From contig JBCBZT010000007.1 of assembly GCA_039815185.1 (NCBI GenBank), positions 128,001-192,000 of the forward strand: 64,000 bases of DNA, given 5' to 3'. A model generated the notes under the pieces. That model was not told the DNA's origin, ran no database searches, and saw only the letters and a list, made by a program, of their open reading frames with translations. Origin of the DNA: Cyanobacteria bacterium P01_A01_bin.123 (GTDB taxonomy: Bacteria; Cyanobacteriota; Cyanobacteriia; Phormidesmidales; Phormidesmidaceae). Each line of letters begins with the position of its first letter. Position 1 is the first letter of the stretch. A program made the translations under genes and the position numbers. Of this stretch, positions 9,513 through 18,421 are shown piece by piece.

Positions 9513-11324
9513 TTATTTACCAAACACAGCCAAAATCGGAATTGTGGCCGCGTCTTCATCTGTGGAGATTTCAGTTTCAGGGACTTCAACCCCAAGGACT
9601 TCAGCTTCAGGCGATTTTCGATTAGACAATCGTCGATATTTTTTGACTAGTCCAGGCCCATAGAACATCACACCAATGCCCAAGACTATCATCAGCGAAC
9701 CACTCCAAGTCAGCGCCGTTACCCACCAGGGTTCGCGCTTGAGTTGCAGGGTAGATTGCTGCAAATCACCAGGGTTCCAAGACGCTTGGGCCAGCTTCCA
9801 ACCCCGAAACCAAGTCGGATGGTTCATCCAAACAGACCGATGTACGGCGGTGTCAGTTTGCGGATCGAACAGCGTCACGTTGCTCGTCCACATCGCAACG
9901 GACTCACTGCCCTCGTTACGTTCCACAATGAAGTCGTTGAGTTTGACGTAAAAAGGCAGCTGTAGCAGCTTGGGGCTAAAGGCAGTGAAGTAATCCCCCG
10001 AAGCGGTTTCTAAGTGGGTGGGTTCACCCCAGGGGAGCCAAAAATCTTGACCATCGGCTGTTGCAACCTGTAGCGCTGGCGATCCTTCGTTCGCCAGTGT
10101 GCCATCAGCTACGGGAGCCATTGGCACGACCTGTCGCTGTACCTGAGCCCGATCTAACTGCTGAGTGACCGAAATCTGAAAGTCTGCCCAACCGGGCGCG
10201 ACGGGTTGACCTGCCTGCAATTTCCCAGACTTGAAACCTTTAGAAGACCGAGCCGCATAAAAGAGCTGATGGTCAGCAGCAGCAACGATGCGAAAGTAGT
10301 CAGCGTCGTCAATCGGGGGCGCGTTGTAATGAACCGTTAGGGCAATGTCATCCCCGGTGCGCACGGTATCCAACCCAGGCTTGGCAAAAACGAACCAACG
10401 GGCTTGGGAACTTCCCTGAGTCAATGCTAGCTGTACGGCTGGGTTGCGAAACTGGCTAGAAGCTGATGTCGGTTGATTATTAGCCCCTAAGCGGAAATCG
10501 GGCCAGACGTTGACCACTTCGACTGTGGTGCCGTTCTGCATTTGTAAAGATCGGCCCAGCTTTTGGTTCACATCTACGACGGTATCGCCAATCTGCAGGG
10601 TCCCAAAGTCTGCGAAGGAGTCTTGGGGAGGACTGAGTAACTGCTTCAGTTCTGCTGCGTTCTCAGCTTGGACAATTTCTAAATGGGCTGGGCCGATATC
10701 CATTTGGCGATAGCCTGTAGGGGCTATGGCTAACCAGCGGTCTAAGGTTTGCCCCATGCGATCGCTGTGGAGCCTCACCTGCACTGCCAGATTGTCTACC
10801 ATCCCTTCATTGGTGAAGCGGACGGTTTTAATGGCGCGATCGCTATATCCCAGTAAAGACAAGCCAGCAAACGTTTGGGGATACACTGTGCCATTGGGCT
10901 TAATGAACACATCTGTTTGCTGTTGTAATTGATCAGGGGCGACAACTTCCATTAATTCGCCTGCGACTCGGATTTGGTTGTTTGGGCCGCTGTCGGTGCG
11001 TACTAACAACATACCTTCAGTACTGAGGTGGATGACAGCGGCAGAGCCTGCAATGATTACAATCAAACCCCAGTGGGTTAGGGCAAATCCGACCTTGCGG
11101 GGGCCTCGCCAAGGGAAACGACTGAGGGTAGAAATGCCTAAGTTGACGGCCAAGAGAAACATCAACGCACCAAACCAGACGCTCTTATAAATTTCCCTTT
11201 GAACTGTGGCTGAGCCAACTGTCGATTCATAAAATGTGGCTCCAATTAGAATAGCTGCGATCGCAACCAGCAAGGGCACCGCTAGTCTAATAGAACCTAA
11301 AAACCGCACGAAATTAGATGTCAT
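9513..11324 (-). CDS. CcsB/ResB-like cytochrome c biogenesis protein
   Basis: Three N-terminal TM helices with THWG His, large soluble domain, MNHP motif, C-terminal TM; adjacent to ccsA. Confidence 0.85.
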   Translation of the reverse strand: MTSNFVRFLGSIRLAVPLLVAIAAILIGATFYESTVGSATVQREIYKSVWFGALMFLLAVNLGISTLSRFPWRGPRKVGFALTHWGLIVIIAGSAAVIHLSTEGMLLVRTDSGPNNQIRVAGELMEVVAPDQLQQQTDVFIKPNGTVYPQTFAGLSLLGYSDRAIKTVRFTNEGMVDNLAVQVRLHSDRMGQTLDRWLAIAPTGYRQMDIGPAHLEIVQAENAAELKQLLSPPQDSFADFGTLQIGDTVVDVNQKLGRSLQMQNGTTVEVVNVWPDFRLGANNQPTSASSQFRNPAVQLALTQGSSQARWFVFAKPGLDTVRTGDDIALTVHYNAPPIDDADYFRIVAAADHQLFYAARSSKGFKSGKLQAGQPVAPGWADFQISVTQQLDRAQVQRQVVPMAPVADGTLANEGSPALQVATADGQDFWLPWGEPTHLETASGDYFTAFSPKLLQLPFYVKLNDFIVERNEGSESVAMWTSNVTLFDPQTDTAVHRSVWMNHPTWFRGWKLAQASWNPGDLQQSTLQLKREPWWVTALTWSGSLMIVLGIGVMFYGPGLVKKYRRLSNRKSPEAEVLGVEVPETEISTDEDAATIPILAVFGK

Positions 11325-11682
11325 ATCTCGCCCTCAATTGCGATCAGAATTAGGCCTAAAGTGCATTCAACCAGAATCCCTGGAGATTAAAAGCGCATTT
11401 GTATCGTCGGATTCAAAAAAAACAGCTTTATGCAATAAACGAATAAATTTAATGCTTGATCTGCATTGATTTATCCTGCCAATAAAATAGGCCATAGCTT
11501 AGATCTAAAATAAATTGTCCACAGAGAAAAATAAAATCTGTGCTTTTCGCTACGAATTTTAGTGATTTAAGTCTTTGTTTTATCTATTTGAGTCCGCGAT
11601 CTTATGAGGTCTAAGAACAAAATCTTCCTATGCAAAAACGTCATTGATCTGGTGCGTAAAACGAATTGACAGGTTTGTTTTA

Positions 11683-11724
11683 GTATTTGGAGCTACAAAA
11701 TAACTTGATTTATCCCCATAGTCT
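11683..11724 (+). promoter_or_regulatory. NtcA-activated class II promoter motif (GTA-N8-TAC, 22 nt, TA-N3-T)
   Basis: GTAtttggagcTAC at 11683-11696 in A/T-rich flanks; TAGTCT at 11719-11724. Confidence 0.65.
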
Positions 11725-12018
11725 GAACAATGTTTACGGTATCTCGTGTAGTTCAAGTATGTCTTGAAAGTTAGATTGTTCTGAAATCTTGAATCATTTC
11801 CATCCACCCATGACATCAAGATTGTGGATCGTGATTGCAGCTGCTTTTAGGATCTGTGTTCTTTTGATTGACATTGGCGGTTGTACTAAATCGTCTCTGA
11901 CGAATGGCTTTTTCAGGTTAATTGTCTCAATGGAATGGGTTGGAATTTAGTCAGCCCTTGACTACTTAAAGATTGCCTAGACTCTGTGTGTTTATTTGCT
12001 AGGAGCTGTGAAAAAAAC

Positions 12019-13062
12019 ATGACCGCAAATCCTGATGCAACGTCCCAAGAAGTTGGGCTGCAGGTTGAGCTACTGGAAGACAGTTTCGAGCTGGTAAAGC
12101 CTCAAGCTCAGGCATTCTCAGTTAGCTTTTATGAAAACCTGTTTGCCGACTATCCAGCGGCTCAGCCGCTGTTTACAAGCACCAATATGGCTGAGCAAAG
12201 CAATAAGCTGCTGACCTCCCTGGTGTTTGTCGTTGAGAATTTGAAAAGGCCTGAGGCGCTCACTGAAGCGCTGAAAGGCTTGGGCGCGCGTCACGTCAAG
12301 TACGGCGCGCTTCCTGAGCACTACCCTCTAGTTGGCAATACCCTACTCAAAACCTTTGAGCAGTATCTGGGTGCAGCTTGGACGTCTGATACGAAGCAAG
12401 CTTGGGTAGATGCTTACAGCGTGATTACAGAAGTGATGCTGGATGGCGCTGATTATTCTCAAGACGACGTACAGCTAGGTGCTGACGCCGCGGATAATTT
12501 GGATGCGGTGGATGAAGCCACTGGACTCAAAATTGCTTTGCTAGAGCAGAGCTTTGAAAAGGTAAAACCCCACGCGAACGATTTCGTCACCAGTTTTTAC
12601 GGCAATTTGTTTACTGATTATCCAGCGGCCAAGCCCCTGTTTGCCCACACCAATATGAAGGAGCAGGGTAATAAGCTGCTGATGTCTTTGGTGTTTGTGA
12701 TTGAAAATTTGCGTAAACCTGGTGAGTTGACCGGGGCTTTAAAAGGTTTAGGGGCGCGTCACGTCAAGTATGGGGCCCTGCCTGATCACTATCCTCTGGT
12801 GGGTAACTCTCTGCTCAAAACCTTTGAACAATATTTGGGTGCAGATTGGACTGCCAGTACCAAGCAAGCCTGGGTTGATGCCTACGGTTTGATTACAGAA
12901 GTCATGTTGGAAGGGGCTGACTATTCCCCTGAGTCGGTGCAGCTTGAGTCTGCCACATCGGCTGGTGTGGAGAAGCCTGAGGGCAGCATCGGTACCGGGA
13001 CTGCGGCAGGCATTATTGGGGGCAGTGCTCTCCTTTTGGTGCTGCTAATTCTGCTGGTGTAA
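12019..13062 (+). CDS. Tandem two-domain globin (flavohemoglobin/Vgb-type globin folds) with C-terminal membrane anchor
   Basis: Two near-identical repeats FY.NLF.DYP...EQ..KL...LGARHVKYG; hydrophobic C-terminus; AGGAG at 12001-12005. Confidence 0.9.
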   Translation: MTANPDATSQEVGLQVELLEDSFELVKPQAQAFSVSFYENLFADYPAAQPLFTSTNMAEQSNKLLTSLVFVVENLKRPEALTEALKGLGARHVKYGALPEHYPLVGNTLLKTFEQYLGAAWTSDTKQAWVDAYSVITEVMLDGADYSQDDVQLGADAADNLDAVDEATGLKIALLEQSFEKVKPHANDFVTSFYGNLFTDYPAAKPLFAHTNMKEQGNKLLMSLVFVIENLRKPGELTGALKGLGARHVKYGALPDHYPLVGNSLLKTFEQYLGADWTASTKQAWVDAYGLITEVMLEGADYSPESVQLESATSAGVEKPEGSIGTGTAAGIIGGSALLLVLLILLV

Positions 13063-13092
13063 ACGCTGAGACGAACTGAGGATATAGAGTCG

Positions 13093-13740
13093 ATGGCGTT
13101 GAATGGAGGTCGTTCAGTCAATTGGCGTTCGTTTATCAGCCTGAAAACGGCGATCGCGATCGCTTGTATTGTCCTAATTGGCTGGTTTGCAGCAGCTTTT
13201 GCGATGGATAATAAGCAGGTGTTTCTACCCGGGGAAACCTCGGTGGGGCACTATCTGTTTGAAACCTCCTGCAATTCCTGTCACGAGGGCTTCAAGCCAG
13301 TCTCAAATGATACATGTATGCGCTGTCATGAGGCTGAGTTGGTCGAGGATGAACACGGGACTCAGAAGTTTTTGGATCCCCGCTGGGCTGAAGACTTGGC
13401 CAAGCTCGAGGTGCTGACCTGTACGACTTGCCACAACGAGCATGTCCACATGTTCGGTCGGGGCGTCAACCTCCAGCCTGACATTTGTATGACCTGTCAT
13501 GAGGGCATCATTACCGGTGACCTCAAAAGTCATGACGGCTTTGCTGCCGATGGCTGCTGGACTGCCGGATGTCATAACTATCACGATCATCGTTCTATTT
13601 CCACAGGTTTCTTGCGTCAAAACCTTGATCAGCCGCCAATGCTACCCGTACAGCAACTCCCAAATCGGGTTGTGTTGAGCGAATTGGATGCCGCACCTAA
13701 CCCAGATCTTGCCCAGGAATTCTTGGGAGGTAGCTTGTGA
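13093..13740 (+). CDS. Pentaheme c-type cytochrome (4 CxxCH + 1 CX4CH), N-terminal signal/TM
   Basis: CNSCH, CMRCH, CTTCH, CMTCH, CWTAGCH. Confidence 0.9.
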   Translation: MALNGGRSVNWRSFISLKTAIAIACIVLIGWFAAAFAMDNKQVFLPGETSVGHYLFETSCNSCHEGFKPVSNDTCMRCHEAELVEDEHGTQKFLDPRWAEDLAKLEVLTCTTCHNEHVHMFGRGVNLQPDICMTCHEGIITGDLKSHDGFAADGCWTAGCHNYHDHRSISTGFLRQNLDQPPMLPVQQLPNRVVLSELDAAPNPDLAQEFLGGSL

Positions 13741-14546
13741 AGTTCTTGCTCCCATGGATGTTGGCTATTGTGATGTTATTTGGCTGGGCAGCTCCTGCTT
13801 GGAGCGATGGTGTTGATCAGGCCAAGCTGGATGAAAGTACTCAATTATGGCGGAGCAGTGCCCATGCACTAAATGACGTGAACTGTTCTAGTTGTCACCA
13901 GAATACCGAGACCCAAACATTTGTAGCCCGTCCCAACCACGAAAGTTGCCAGTCTTGCCACGAGCAATCGGTGGATACCTTTTTATTGGGTAAACATGGC
14001 ATTCGCCTACTAGAAGGTGAACCGCCATTGACGCCATCGTTAGCGCGATTACCCATGCAGCCTGATGCCCATGATTTGCAAATGACCTGTGCGACCTGCC
14101 ACGATGCCCATTCTGTGAATACGGTGCAGGCAGCTGTAGAGTCTTGCCTGACCTGCCACGCTGACACCCACTCCTTAAACTACGAAAATTCTAGCCACGC
14201 TCAACTGTTTGCCGATGATCGCAACTTACCTCGGCCATCAAGCAGTTCGGTGAGCTGTGCTACCTGTCACTTGCCGCGCCATGAAGTGAAGCGCGGAGAG
14301 ATCATGACCGCCTTAGTGAATCACAACAATACCTATACGCTGCTGCCGCGCGATCGCATGGTGCAGGAAGTGTGTATGAACTGCCACGGCGTTGAGTACA
14401 GCTACAACAGTATTTTTGACGACGACTTGGTGGAGTCCAACTTTGATAAACCCCCCACCTTATCCCTAGAGACCTTTGATCTGGTGCGCGACCTAGAGAA
14501 TCGCCGCGGCGGTCAGCCTGATGCGGCCCCTGACGACAGTGAATAA
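13737..14546 (+). CDS. Hexaheme c-type cytochrome with HAO-family-like motif spacing, Sec signal
   Basis: CSSCH, CQSCH, CATCH, CLTCH, CATCH, CMNCH; GTGA overlap with the upstream gene. Confidence 0.9.
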   Translation: MKFLLPWMLAIVMLFGWAAPAWSDGVDQAKLDESTQLWRSSAHALNDVNCSSCHQNTETQTFVARPNHESCQSCHEQSVDTFLLGKHGIRLLEGEPPLTPSLARLPMQPDAHDLQMTCATCHDAHSVNTVQAAVESCLTCHADTHSLNYENSSHAQLFADDRNLPRPSSSSVSCATCHLPRHEVKRGEIMTALVNHNNTYTLLPRDRMVQEVCMNCHGVEYSYNSIFDDDLVESNFDKPPTLSLETFDLVRDLENRRGGQPDAAPDDSE

Positions 14547-14669
14547 GGCTAGGGCAAGGCCTTCGTCAAACCTCCCGTTCGGTTTACGAACATGGCTTAT
14601 GCCATCTGATCACAACAGTACACGTGTAAACGCAATGCAGTTCACGCTTTCAAGAAGGAGACCCTGTCA

Positions 14670-15323
14670 ATGACACTTGTAAATCGATGGATGAGTACCC
14701 TCCGCACCCGCACTGTGGCATTTATTGCCATTGTGTTGGCGATCGCGGTTACGGCTGTTTCTTGCAGCGGTGGTGGTACCACAGCCCAAGCACCTGCGGG
14801 CGTTGCTCCCGACTTAGTTGCTGACTATATTCACACTGTGCTTGCAGCTGATCGCACGGCTTACACCAAGCACGTGGTTAACCGCTCCCAAACATTAGAA
14901 GGTAAAGCCAAAGAAGACGGCGTCTTGGCAGTTGAGGCTACCGAAGGCTGGCAGCAAACGGATGGTATTCCCCTCCCAGCTCAGATGTTCCGTTTGGGGT
15001 CTGAGATTGCCAATGAAGCAGGCTACTTTACCTACAACCTGATTTCTCCCTGGTACATCAATGACAACCATGCCCCCAAGGGTGAATTTGAAGAAAGTGC
15101 GATTCAAACCATGATCGATTCTGGAGAACCGGTCAAAGATTACCAGGAAGTTAACGGGCAGCAGTTTTTCTCAGCCATGTACCCTGACAGGGCCGTAGCT
15201 GAAGCTTGTGTCACCTGCCACAACGAGCACCCCATTCACCTAGAGCGCTATCCCGACAAACTGTTTGTCATGGATGAAGTGATGGGCGGTGTTGTGATTA
15301 ACATCCCCCTTGAGGGAGCGTAA
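14670..15323 (+). CDS. Tll0287-like (DUF3365) monoheme c lipoprotein
   Basis: AVSC lipobox, PLPAQM, YPDRAVAEACVTCH, VMGGVVI; AAGGAG RBS. Confidence 0.8.
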   Translation: MTLVNRWMSTLRTRTVAFIAIVLAIAVTAVSCSGGGTTAQAPAGVAPDLVADYIHTVLAADRTAYTKHVVNRSQTLEGKAKEDGVLAVEATEGWQQTDGIPLPAQMFRLGSEIANEAGYFTYNLISPWYINDNHAPKGEFEESAIQTMIDSGEPVKDYQEVNGQQFFSAMYPDRAVAEACVTCHNEHPIHLERYPDKLFVMDEVMGGVVINIPLEGA

Positions 15324-15354
15324 GCGCTAGTCATCCAGCGCTGGCTGATGGGGT

Positions 15355-15381
15355 AATAGGGGTGATGCGATCGCCCCTATT
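15355..15381 (+). terminator. Stem-loop after the Tll0287-like gene (terminator or processing site)
   Basis: AATAGGGGTGAT-gcg-ATCGCCCCTATT, 12-bp stem with one G-U. Confidence 0.6.
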
Positions 15382-15652
15382 GCTTGAGTAGAAGTCCAGC
15401 AGTCTTTATTCAATTGGTTGCTACACGGGGTCATATCAGCATTGGGATGACCGACGGCTTGTAGAAGCGTTGTTAAAAATACGACATCTCTGCTGCCAGC
15501 CTTGTTGTATAAAGTTAAGTAAAGGGCTGTTCTGCAACCAGATCTGATTTGAAACCTTTGGTTTCTGGGTTCAGCGAAAGCGATGAACCCCAGATACTGT
15601 AAGAGATTTAGTCTTCTAGCCTTGATACCAATTTTTGATTCTCCCTAGGGTA

Positions 15653-16390
15653 ATGAGCCAATTTAGCCACCAACATCACGCGCTCGACTCCCAAGACTCA
15701 ATCAGACCCAGTCTTGATGCCGACACTCCAGCGATGCCGATGCCAAATATGGAAGCAATCGCTCCTCAGCGACGGTCGCCCCTGAAACCCCGTGGGGTTC
15801 AGCCTGGTTTCAAAGTCCTGATTGGCTTGACGCTGCTAACGGCTTTACTGCTGTTACCGTTTGCGTTTAGCCAGGGTTATCTCGACTGGTTACGGGCTCA
15901 GTCTTTTGATCTACATCGCTTTTTGCGAGGGGAGTGGTACAAGCAGATCACAGGCTTTACGGCTTTAACCTTGGTCTTATTGGAAGTGATGCTGACGGTG
16001 CGTAAGCGCAGTCGTAGCTGGATCGGCCGGATCAGAATTCCAGGGTCTATGCAACTTTGGCGCAGCATCCACATCTTTGTCGGCGTGGGATTGGTTGGGT
16101 TGGTCTTGATCCACACGATGGGGGCCAACGGTCTCAATTTTAACGCCGTTTTTCTTTGGGTGTTCTTTGCTACGTCCCTCACTGCGCTGGTTGGGGTTGT
16201 GGCTGAAACCGGCATTTTAGAGTCTACCCGCAACTATTTTGGCAAAATACCCGGCAGCGACAAAATTTTGACTAAAGGCCCTTTGATCCGTGGACTCAGG
16301 GCAGTGTGGCTCGTCAGCCATATTTTCTTTGTCTGTGTGTTTGCTGTCATGCTGGTGTTTCACATTATCCTGGCTTACTACTTCCAGTGA
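15653..16390 (+). CDS. Polytopic membrane protein, predicted bis-His di-heme b (cytochrome b/ferric-reductase-like)
   Basis: About 5 TM helices; two carry H-X13-H pairs (HIFVGVGLVGLVLIH, HIFFVCVFAVMLVFH). Confidence 0.7.
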   Translation: MSQFSHQHHALDSQDSIRPSLDADTPAMPMPNMEAIAPQRRSPLKPRGVQPGFKVLIGLTLLTALLLLPFAFSQGYLDWLRAQSFDLHRFLRGEWYKQITGFTALTLVLLEVMLTVRKRSRSWIGRIRIPGSMQLWRSIHIFVGVGLVGLVLIHTMGANGLNFNAVFLWVFFATSLTALVGVVAETGILESTRNYFGKIPGSDKILTKGPLIRGLRAVWLVSHIFFVCVFAVMLVFHIILAYYFQ

Positions 16391-16473
16391 TTACTGCCAC
16401 TGAGGATTTTCGTTGTGGCTTGAGTGGATGACAGCTTTACCTAAGTTAATCATGGTCAAATCAGGGGAAACAT

Positions 16474-16977
16474 ATGACTGCGGATCGGTTGACTGAAAAC
16501 TTGGTGAAGCGCCAAAAGAGTCTGATTGCGATCGCAGTAGTGGTTATTTTCGCGATCGCGGCTGTTTTCCTCACCCGGCCTCAGACCTCTACCACTGGTC
16601 TTTCGCCGGTGTCTGGCTTAATCACGCTCAAAGCTTCAGCCCAGTCGGCCATCAGCTATGACTTAGCCATCGCGAATGGCAATCCCACACTGGTTGAGTT
16701 TTATGCCGACTGGTGTACCACCTGTCAGGCTTTGGCCCCTGCCTTACAAGCGGTTCATCGCCAGTTTGGTTCAGATCTCAACTTGGTCATGCTCAATATT
16801 GATGATCCCCAGTGGCGATCGCAGATTCAGCAGTTTCGGGTAAGCGGAGTGCCCCACCTCGTTTTACTCAACCCTGACCAAGCGATCGTCGATAGTTTTA
16901 TTGGTGACGTCCCTCGCCAAGTCCTGGCCAGCCGTATTGAGGAGATCGTGGCGGATGCTACACCCGTCTCCCTTTAA
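16474..16977 (+). CDS. Membrane-anchored thioredoxin (TxlA/HCF164/CcsX-like)
   Basis: N-terminal TM, EFYADWCTTC, GVPH. Confidence 0.88.
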   Translation: MTADRLTENLVKRQKSLIAIAVVVIFAIAAVFLTRPQTSTTGLSPVSGLITLKASAQSAISYDLAIANGNPTLVEFYADWCTTCQALAPALQAVHRQFGSDLNLVMLNIDDPQWRSQIQQFRVSGVPHLVLLNPDQAIVDSFIGDVPRQVLASRIEEIVADATPVSL

Positions 16978-17035
16978 GTCAGCCCTTTCAAATTGGTTCA
17001 GCTAATGCCGTGTAACCCCTTTAGGAGCTGTATTC

Positions 17036-17254
17036 ATGGCTATTTTAAATCGGTTTCTCCGACTGTTGAAGCTGCTAGAACAAGCGGCTGATTTAACTGA
17101 ATTTTTAACCTCGCCCACAGGCATTGCCCTCAGCCTTTGTTTATTGAGCTATCAAGCATTTTTATTAGTGGGTTGTGACGCTCCATCGGCTGCTATTTTG
17201 GCCAGTGTTACAGTTTTAACCCTGCACTGCGCCTTCAATCACCCTGAGCGTTAG
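17036..17254 (+). CDS. Small hypothetical membrane protein
   Basis: AGGAG RBS, two hydrophobic stretches. Confidence 0.45.
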   Translation: MAILNRFLRLLKLLEQAADLTEFLTSPTGIALSLCLLSYQAFLLVGCDAPSAAILASVTVLTLHCAFNHPER

Positions 17255-17265
17255 AGGCACTAACT

Positions 17266-18189
17266 TCACGATATATTGAGTGCGCCGTTTCGCCGAAGCC
17301 ACTGCTTTTGCTCACGAGATAGACCAGTGGTGTCGGTGAATAAAGCCCCTTCTACCCGGCAATGGTCAAAACAGGCACCGTTGAGCTGAGCGTTTTCTAG
17401 ATTAGCCTCACGCAGGTCAGCACCGCTGAAATTAACGTCGCTGAGATTGGCGTACTCCAGGGTGGCATTGTAGAGTGAGGCTCCCTGTAAATCAGCTTCT
17501 ACCAGCACTGCATGCCAAAAATCAGCCCAGTCTAACTGGGTCTGTCGCAGGGTTGTTCCCGTTAGGTCAGCTTGCTCAAATTTAGCGCTGAGTGCATTGG
17601 CCTCCGACAGGTTAGCCCCCACTAAAATTGCCCCGGTTAAGTCAGCCTGAGTTAAATCAGCAGCAACAAAAGCAGTACCTGAGAGAGTCGCTTGCTGCCA
17701 CTGCGACTGACCCAACTGTGCGCCTTCAAAACTCGATTGGCTAAAGTTAGTCCCGGTCAATTGTGTCGCGACGAAACTGGCATATTTGAAGCGAGATTGA
17801 GGCCCACTGGCAGTACGGCAATCGGCTCGATCTAGGCGGGCATAGGAGCCATCGATATGGTCTAGGCAGGCCCCATAAAGTTGAGCGCCAGCAGCCTGAA
17901 CCCGCTGAAAATTCACTGCTGCTAAATTGGCCTGGGTTAAGACAGCGTGGTTGAGATCAGCTGCCTCTAAGCAACTCCCAGATAAATCTGCGAGAGTCAG
18001 TGTTGCATAGGACAAGTTAACGCCACGACAGGACGACCAGTTTAAGCGCGTGCGTCTCAAATAAGCTTCTGGGAAATCTCCCTGATCCAGGCAGGCTCCA
18101 CTTAAATCTATGCCGCTCAGTTCAGCCTTGCCTAAAGACTGGCCTGCTTGTACTCGAGCCAAAACGTCAGAAATAGTGAGTTGAGCCAT
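17266..18189 (-). CDS. Pentapeptide repeat protein
   Basis: A(D/N)Lxx repeats throughout. Confidence 0.93.
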   Translation of the reverse strand: MAQLTISDVLARVQAGQSLGKAELSGIDLSGACLDQGDFPEAYLRRTRLNWSSCRGVNLSYATLTLADLSGSCLEAADLNHAVLTQANLAAVNFQRVQAAGAQLYGACLDHIDGSYARLDRADCRTASGPQSRFKYASFVATQLTGTNFSQSSFEGAQLGQSQWQQATLSGTAFVAADLTQADLTGAILVGANLSEANALSAKFEQADLTGTTLRQTQLDWADFWHAVLVEADLQGASLYNATLEYANLSDVNFSGADLREANLENAQLNGACFDHCRVEGALFTDTTGLSREQKQWLRRNGALNIS

Positions 18190-18421
18190 AGGACGACTTG
18201 ATCAATGTGGATACCATCATAGATTCTTTCTGTATCTAAAAATACAGAATAAACCCTGATTTCCCCAAAGATTTTCGATTTCTTTGGAATTCATTCATTA
18301 ATCTAAGCGGCAATGGGGAAGAACTGGGGAAGCCAACGGCCATCCCAAAAGCCATTCTGTATATGGGCGACCCTCCATCTTTTGGTGCCTTATTCCAGGC
18401 AGCAGATGTCATGCCACTACT

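Noticed and set aside
11450..11472. FNR/NsrR-like site (TTGATctgcATTGA; AATGC-N7-GCATT) in the redox-island intergenic region
   Set aside because: Too many mismatches in an AT-rich region to support a call.
15563..15593. Hairpin with a GAAA loop upstream of the di-heme membrane gene as a riboswitch
   Set aside because: A single imperfect stem; no riboswitch consensus recognised.
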